From: an uncultured Bacteroidales bacterium
GTDB lineage: Bacteria > Bacteroidota > Bacteroidia > Bacteroidales > Muribaculaceae
Assembly: GCA_900539915.1 (NCBI GenBank)
Contig: UQDU01000007.1
Coordinates: forward strand, 5,264-69,263
DNA length: 64,000 nucleotides
Direction of reading: 5' to 3'
Position 1 is the stretch's first letter. Every line of letters starts with the position of its first letter. This document shows positions 59,346 to 64,000 of this stretch, in pieces. Made by a program: the position numbers and the translations under genes. The notes beneath the pieces are model-generated. The model saw nothing but the letters and a program-made list of their open reading frames with translations, searched no databases and was not told where the DNA came from.

Positions 59346-59618
59346 ATGACTAAAGCAGAAATCGTCAACGAAATCGCAAGGTCTACAGGCATTGATCGTG
59401 CCAGCGTCCTCGACACAGTCGAAAAGTTTATGGACGTGGTAAAGGATTCGCTTGCAAACGGCGAAAACGTTTACCTTCGCGGATTCGGCAGCTTCATCGT
59501 CAAGACGCGCTCTGAAAAGACCGCGCGCAACATATCCAAAAACACCACCATCATCATCCCTGAGCACAAGATTCCGGCATTCAAGCCCGCGAAGGTGTTT
59601 ATGGAGGAGGTGAAATAA
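59346..59618 (+). CDS. hup: HU-family DNA-binding protein
   Basis: 90 aa. MTKAEIVNEIA...RGFGSF...R.ARN..T matches the HU/IHF fold. Confidence 0.85.
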   Translation: MTKAEIVNEIARSTGIDRASVLDTVEKFMDVVKDSLANGENVYLRGFGSFIVKTRSEKTARNISKNTTIIIPEHKIPAFKPAKVFMEEVK

Positions 59619-59676
59619 GCATATAAGAGACAAGAAACACTTTTTTTATAACCCTTTTTATAAATCACTGCTAATC

Positions 59677-59766
59677 ATGCCAAGCGGAAAGAAAAGAAAA
59701 GGCCACAAGATGGCCACACACAAGCGTAAAAAACGCCTGCGTAAGAATCGTCACAAGAAAAAGTAA
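59677..59766 (+). CDS. 29-aa highly basic peptide (bTHX-like/ribosome-associated small protein candidate); not in the ORF track because it is under 60 aa
   Basis: ATG at 59677 to TAA at 59764-59766 encodes MPSGKKRKGHKMATHKRKKRLRKNRHKKK (about 60% Lys/Arg/His). It sits in the hup to rne/rng spacer. Confidence 0.35.
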   Translation: MPSGKKRKGHKMATHKRKKRLRKNRHKKK

Positions 59767-60015
59767 GGTTTAGGCAATACCCTCTCTTGTGACTATATCA
59801 TATGAAACAGCATAGAGAGCCTAAACATCAGCAACAGCATTAATTTCTCGGATTCACCCGGCCTCACGATGCCGGCTGCATGAGAGAAACAGAGAACAGA
59901 CAGGAGGGTATCCACCGACAGCGAGGTCAATGGTGGTGACTGACGGTTTGTTCTCCGTTGCATTTATCCCCCCCCTTGTAACCACTACATTTTAACCCAA
60001 CCCATAATCAAGCCG

Positions 60016-61638
60016 ATGCGAAGCGAACTCATAGTCGACGTGCAGCCCAAGGAGGTCTCCATAGCGCAGACCGAAGAGGGGCGGCTGGTCTCCTTGCAGA
60101 AGGAGGCCCGCGGACTGGCTTATGCGGTAGGCGACATCTATCTGGCCAAAGTCAAGAAGATCATGCCCGGACTCAATGCCGCCTTCGTCAATGTGGGTTA
60201 CGAGAAGGACGCATTTCTCCATTATCTCGATCTTGGTCCGCGTTACTCCACCTACGCGGAATTTGTAAAGAACATGCTTGAGGACACCAAGAAGGTGCCC
60301 CAGGTATCGAAAATGAAGCTGCTCCCTGACATTGACAAGCACGGCACCATAGCCGACCAGGTGCAGCCCGGACAGCAGCTGCTGGTCCAGATCGTCAAGG
60401 AACCCATATCGTCAAAGGGTCCGCGACTGACCACAGAGATAACATTTACAGGACGTTACCTCGTCCTCATACCTTTCGGCGACAAGATTTCCGTGTCGCA
60501 GAAAATCAAGACCACAGGCGAAAAGCTGCGTCTGCGCCAGCTCGTAGAGAGCATAAAGCCCAAGAATTTCGGTGTAATCATACGCACATCGGCCGAGGGC
60601 AAGCGCGTGGCCGAACTCAACCACGAACTCAAGACGCTGCTCGGATACTGGGAGGAGACAGTGGCCCGCGCACAGAAGGTCACAGCTCCGGCCATGGTGT
60701 TCGAGGAGGAAGGACGCATAGTCAGCGTGCTCCGCGACATATTCAGCCCCGAGTTTGAGGCCATACGTGTCAACGACCCTGACGTGTTTGCCCAGATTGC
60801 CAAGTACGTCAATCTGATAGCTCCCGACCGCCGCGAGATTGTCAGCCTGTATGAAGGCCAGGAGCCGATATTTGACAAATACAGCATCACGCGCCAGATA
60901 AAGTCATCGTTTGGCAAGACGGTATCGTTTAAGAGCGGTGCATATCTCATCATCGAGCACACCGAGGCGCTGCATGTCATCGACGTAAACTCCGGCAACC
61001 GCTCCAAGGCGGCCAACGACCAGGAGACCAATGCACTCGAAGTCAACATGCGCGCCGCCGACGAAATAGCCCGTCAGCTGCGTCTGCGCGATATGGGAGG
61101 CATCATTGTCATAGACTTTATCGACATGGCCAAGGCCGAACACCGCCAGAAACTCTATGACCACATGCGTGAGGTCATGCAGAATGACCGCGCACGCCAC
61201 AACATCCTGCCTCTGAGTAAATTCGGCCTGATGCAGATCACGCGCCAGCGTGTGCGTCCGGCTCTTGACATCGTGACCACCGAGGCCTGCCCGTCGTGCT
61301 ACGGCAAGGGCGAGGTACAGCCGTCGCTGCTCTTTACCGACACTCTCCACGAGCGTCTGCAATATCTCGTAGAGACGCTGAAAGTAAAAGATTTCGTCAT
61401 GTACGTCCATCCCTATGTGGACGCATATATCAAAAAAGGCCTCATATCCATGTACCGCCGATGGCGCATGGAGCTCGGAGCCAAATTCAAAATCCTCCCT
61501 GACCAGAGCCTCGCCTATCTGCAGTTCCGTGTGCTTGATGCCAAACGCAACGAGATAGATCTCCAGGAAGAACGAGACATGGGCTCATCGGCCTCAAAGA
61601 CCAAAGCCAAGACCAAGAATCGAATCGAACAGGAATAA
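60016..61638 (+). CDS. rng: ribonuclease E/G family endoribonuclease
   Basis: 540 aa with an S1 domain, DNase-I-like and RNase E/G catalytic regions, and a Zn-link CPSCYGKG. Confidence 0.85.
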   Translation: MRSELIVDVQPKEVSIAQTEEGRLVSLQKEARGLAYAVGDIYLAKVKKIMPGLNAAFVNVGYEKDAFLHYLDLGPRYSTYAEFVKNMLEDTKKVPQVSKMKLLPDIDKHGTIADQVQPGQQLLVQIVKEPISSKGPRLTTEITFTGRYLVLIPFGDKISVSQKIKTTGEKLRLRQLVESIKPKNFGVIIRTSAEGKRVAELNHELKTLLGYWEETVARAQKVTAPAMVFEEEGRIVSVLRDIFSPEFEAIRVNDPDVFAQIAKYVNLIAPDRREIVSLYEGQEPIFDKYSITRQIKSSFGKTVSFKSGAYLIIEHTEALHVIDVNSGNRSKAANDQETNALEVNMRAADEIARQLRLRDMGGIIVIDFIDMAKAEHRQKLYDHMREVMQNDRARHNILPLSKFGLMQITRQRVRPALDIVTTEACPSCYGKGEVQPSLLFTDTLHERLQYLVETLKVKDFVMYVHPYVDAYIKKGLISMYRRWRMELGAKFKILPDQSLAYLQFRVLDAKRNEIDLQEERDMGSSASKTKAKTKNRIEQE

Positions 61639-61748
61639 CCCCCATCAACGGAGGTGGTGCCGAAGCCACCGCACGGCATCCGTCCGTCTCGGATACCCCG
61701 AGCCAATCCATCTACCGACACCCCTGGCTGTGAATCACGCCGGGGGTG

Positions 61749-62636
61749 TCATGCGTAAAGCAGCACGCCGAAATTGACCAGCCACCCTATGACGCATGTC
61801 ATCAGGAAGGGGTCACGCAGCAGGTCACGCTCGGGATGTCCGCCATGGTTGCCGGCTATTACGGTCTGCATGTATCGCAGCATTCCGGCAAGCACCCATA
61901 TCGCTGTAGTGTAGACATACGTGCTGCCTATGCGTGTCTCCACCTCGGGCGACAGCGTGTAGAGTATGTAGCCGATCAAGGTCACTGAGGCAAGCATGCC
62001 GAGCACCTGGTTGAGAAACGGCAGGGTGTATGAGAGTGTGCTGCGGCGAGTGACCACCCCGGTGTCGAGGCGTATGACCACATCATCCCTGCGCTTGGCA
62101 AATGCCAGAAACAGCGTCAGCAGAAACGTCATAACCACAATCCATGGCGACAACGCTATGCCACAGGCTATGCCGCCGGCCACTATGCGCAGCACGAAAC
62201 CTATGGCTATGATCATCACATCGATGATGGGTATCCGTTTCAGCCCGAGCGAATAGGCTATGTTGAGCACGAAATATCCTATCAGCACAGCTCCGACCAG
62301 CATCCAGTGGCGCGGCAGCAGTTGCGTGGCTATGGCAAGCGACATCAGTCCGAGTATGACCATCAGGGCCAACGCCTGCATAGGGGAAATGTTGCCGGCG
62401 GCTACCTGTCGCATGCGCTTGAGCGGATGGGTGCGGTCAGCTTCGGCATCACGGACATCGTTGAAGCAGTAGATGGCACTCGCCATCAGCGAGAACGCCA
62501 GAAAGGTCCAGAATGCGCTCAGCCAGCAACAGCCGTCGAGCATCATGCCGCCGAAAAACATCGGCAGGAACACAAACAGGTTTTTGACCCACTGGAGTGG
62601 ACGTATAATGAGAATGAACGGAAGGATGTGTTTCAT
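61749..62636 (-). CDS. UbiA-family prenyltransferase (decaprenyl-phosphate phosphoribosyltransferase-like)
   Basis: The start is taken at MKHILPFILIIRPLQW. NDVRDAEADRTHPLKRMRQVAAG is the DPPR-synthase-like motif, and the protein has about 8 TM helices. Confidence 0.7.
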   Translation of the reverse strand: MKHILPFILIIRPLQWVKNLFVFLPMFFGGMMLDGCCWLSAFWTFLAFSLMASAIYCFNDVRDAEADRTHPLKRMRQVAAGNISPMQALALMVILGLMSLAIATQLLPRHWMLVGAVLIGYFVLNIAYSLGLKRIPIIDVMIIAIGFVLRIVAGGIACGIALSPWIVVMTFLLTLFLAFAKRRDDVVIRLDTGVVTRRSTLSYTLPFLNQVLGMLASVTLIGYILYTLSPEVETRIGSTYVYTTAIWVLAGMLRYMQTVIAGNHGGHPERDLLRDPFLMTCVIGWLVNFGVLLYA

Positions 62637-62762
62637 ATCCGGAGCATGTGGTAGATTATAGGCACTACAAAGATAACCAAAAAAAACCATGTGAGGAGAT
62701 GCGTTGTTATAGATTTATAACCTACAAGTCAAGTATATAGTTTAATCTTAAATTGCCTTATT

Positions 62763-62999
62763 ATGGACGACAGATTGTCATACGAAGAAAAGAAGGAGCT
62801 GCCCGACTCAGTATTCGGACTCCCCGAACGCCGCGAATACCCGATGCCTGACGCAGCACACGTGCGTGCCGCCGAAGCCTATTTCCGCTATTGCCCCGAG
62901 GACCTTAAGCCCAAGCTTGCCCGAGCCATCATGGCCCGCGCCCGTGAGTTCGGCGTCGATGTCGAAAGCCCCACCGTCCGTTCCTACGCCGAGCAATAA
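62763..62999 (+). CDS. hypothetical small protein (78 aa)
   Basis: Clean ORF with coding-like composition, immediately followed by a repeat element. Confidence 0.4.
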   Translation: MDDRLSYEEKKELPDSVFGLPERREYPMPDAAHVRAAEAYFRYCPEDLKPKLARAIMARAREFGVDVESPTVRSYAEQ

Positions 63000-63061
63000 A
63001 TCAGGCGGCCGCCGCCACGTTGTGTGACTCCGCATAAAAGTTAGTAACTTTGCACCACAGA

Positions 63062-63182
63062 TTGCAGGGACATGCCATGGCACAATGTCACTAACTTAAG
63101 CAGTCGTTGACACTTGAATGGCATGTCCCTACTGCGATGTGTACATTCCTTAAGTTAATGGCATTGTGCCATGGCATGTCGC
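63062..63182. repeat. composite palindromic MITE/REP-like element (families A and B)
   Basis: GGGACATGCCATGGCA-CAATGTCACTAACTTAAGCAGTCGTTGA...GGCATGTCCCTACTGCGATGTGTACATTCCTTAAGTTAATGGCATTGTGCCATGGCATGTC. Confidence 0.8.
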
Positions 63183-63268
63183 ACAAGGCCTGTGCGTCAT
63201 GATATATTCTGCGCATGGAAATTGTCTCTGCAATCATATACGCAATAACTGACATATGATTAACAACG

Positions 63269-63502
63269 ATGAGTGAGGACGAACTGACGGAGATTATCGA
63301 CGGGGCGCAGGTTTGCGGCCCGGAGCTGGCTGCGGCCTATGTGGAGCGCGGACGGCTCAGGTGGAAGCGCGGCGACATGCGCGGTGCGCTCGGTGATTAC
63401 AATTCGGCGGCTGAGCTTGACCCCGACGGCCCGGGGGCTGAGCTGGCGGCACATACTGTGGAGATTCTCAATTTCTACAACACAGACCTCTATAATCCCT
63501 GA
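63269..63502 (+). CDS. hypothetical small protein with a single TPR-like motif (77 aa)
   Basis: RGRLRWKRGDMRGALGDYNSAAELDP fits the TPR consensus. The gene is bracketed on both sides by repeat elements. Confidence 0.4.
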   Translation: MSEDELTEIIDGAQVCGPELAAAYVERGRLRWKRGDMRGALGDYNSAAELDPDGPGAELAAHTVEILNFYNTDLYNP

Positions 63503-63510
63503 TTCATAGA

Positions 63511-63650
63511 TACATGGCGATGCCATGACACAGTGCCGTTAACTTAAGCAGTCTTTAATGGCATCTCCCTACTACATAATAACGCAACTCCTTAAGTTAG
63601 TGACAGTCATGCCGCGGCATGTCCCTGTGTGGGATGTGCCGCGGCATGGG
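63511..63650. repeat. degenerate composite palindromic repeat element (families A and B)
   Basis: CGTTAACTTAAGCAGTCTTTAATGGCATCTCCCTACTAC...CTCCTTAAGTTAGTGACAGTCATGCCGCGGCATGTCCCTG...GTGCCGCGGCATGGG. Confidence 0.65.
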
Positions 63651-63676
63651 CTATTGCTATTTATTAGGGGGGTGGG

Positions 63677-64000
63677 TTATTTGGTGGTGATGTTGATGAT
63701 GGTCTTGCCGTCACGCTTGTCAATCGTCATCGATTCTATTGATGACGAGGGGATGTCCTTGAGGTTTGCTCTGGGGATTTCCTCTCCGTTGACTTTTATG
63801 ATGGCATCGGCAAGTGCTGAGGGATTGTTGTTGGCGGTGCCATTTTCGCTTTTTTGCAGCTTTATGACGTTCATGTCAGGGAGCGTGTTTTGCGAGTGCG
63901 TTGACTGTTCCTGCTTGGGTGCCGCAACTGCTTGGGTCTCTTTCGGCGCCATGAAATTGATGGGCAATGCATAGTAGACGGCGACAGGTTTGCCGTTAAG
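63677..64000 (-). CDS. hypothetical protein, C-terminal part (the gene continues beyond the window end)
   Basis: The minus-strand frame is open to the window edge (...LNGKPVAVYYALPINFMAPKE...TIINITTK*). Ser/Asn-rich. Confidence 0.4.
   Translation of the reverse strand, partial: LNGKPVAVYYALPINFMAPKETQAVAAPKQEQSTHSQNTLPDMNVIKLQKSENGTANNNPSALADAIIKVNGEEIPRANLKDIPSSSIESMTIDKRDGKTIINITTK

Noticed and set aside
1-64000. Scan for CRISPR arrays, rRNA genes and intact transposases or integrases
   Set aside because: No array of regularly spaced 25-40-bp repeats with unique spacers, no rRNA-like sequence, and no DDE or tyrosine-recombinase ORF was found. The only regular tandem repeats are the 9-mer CTTATAAG arrays and the 21-bp repeats at 52273-52375, and these lack unique spacers.

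Overview
Chromosomal window (GC about 58%) that looks Bacteroidales. The signs are a PPi-dependent phosphofructokinase, a DUF3943 protein, a T9SS C-terminal sorting domain on a cargo protein, a SprE/PorW-like TPR lipoprotein, and no Shine-Dalgarno usage. Most of the window is housekeeping: the C-terminal part of a NeuC-like epimerase, priA, an EamA transporter, pfp, an Lrp regulator, dsbD, radA, an FNT channel, tRNA-Pro(GGG), metH, amt, a TrmH-family methyltransferase, an OmpA-family lipoprotein, a TolC-HlyD-ABC2-ABC2 efflux operon, nadE, an mtaB/miaB-like gene, an lpxL-like acyltransferase, two GT2 genes, rpsA, gdhA, an amidase, dxr, hup, an rne/rng-family RNase and a UbiA-family prenyltransferase. 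The accessory-like content has six parts. (1) A 7.6-kb gene for a 2543-aa secreted protein with a T9SS C-terminal domain, followed by a 1125-aa TPR lipoprotein (SprE/PorW-like) whose Pro/Thr/Glu-rich tail carries two in-frame copies of a palindromic repeat. (2) An interspersed family of nested palindromic, MITE/REP-like elements (core GACATGCCATGGCATGTC with GTAGGG/CCCTAC ends, plus a CAATGTCACTAACTTAAG module) at five or more intergenic loci. (3) A second repeat family of tandem CTTATAAG 9-mers ending in TTATCCCC at six gene boundaries, including between every gene of the efflux operon. (4) A 722-aa polytopic membrane protein made of two homologous halves. (5) A minus-strand HigB/Gp49-like toxin (disrupted by a 1-nt homopolymer frameshift), an XRE antitoxin and a translationally coupled unknown gene, next to five iteron-like 21-bp tandem repeats and about 250 bp of structured-looking non-coding sequence. 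(6) An unannotated 29-aa very basic peptide gene between hup and the RNase gene. No CRISPR array, rRNA or intact transposase was seen. Many long antisense ORFs in the track are artefacts of the high GC content.
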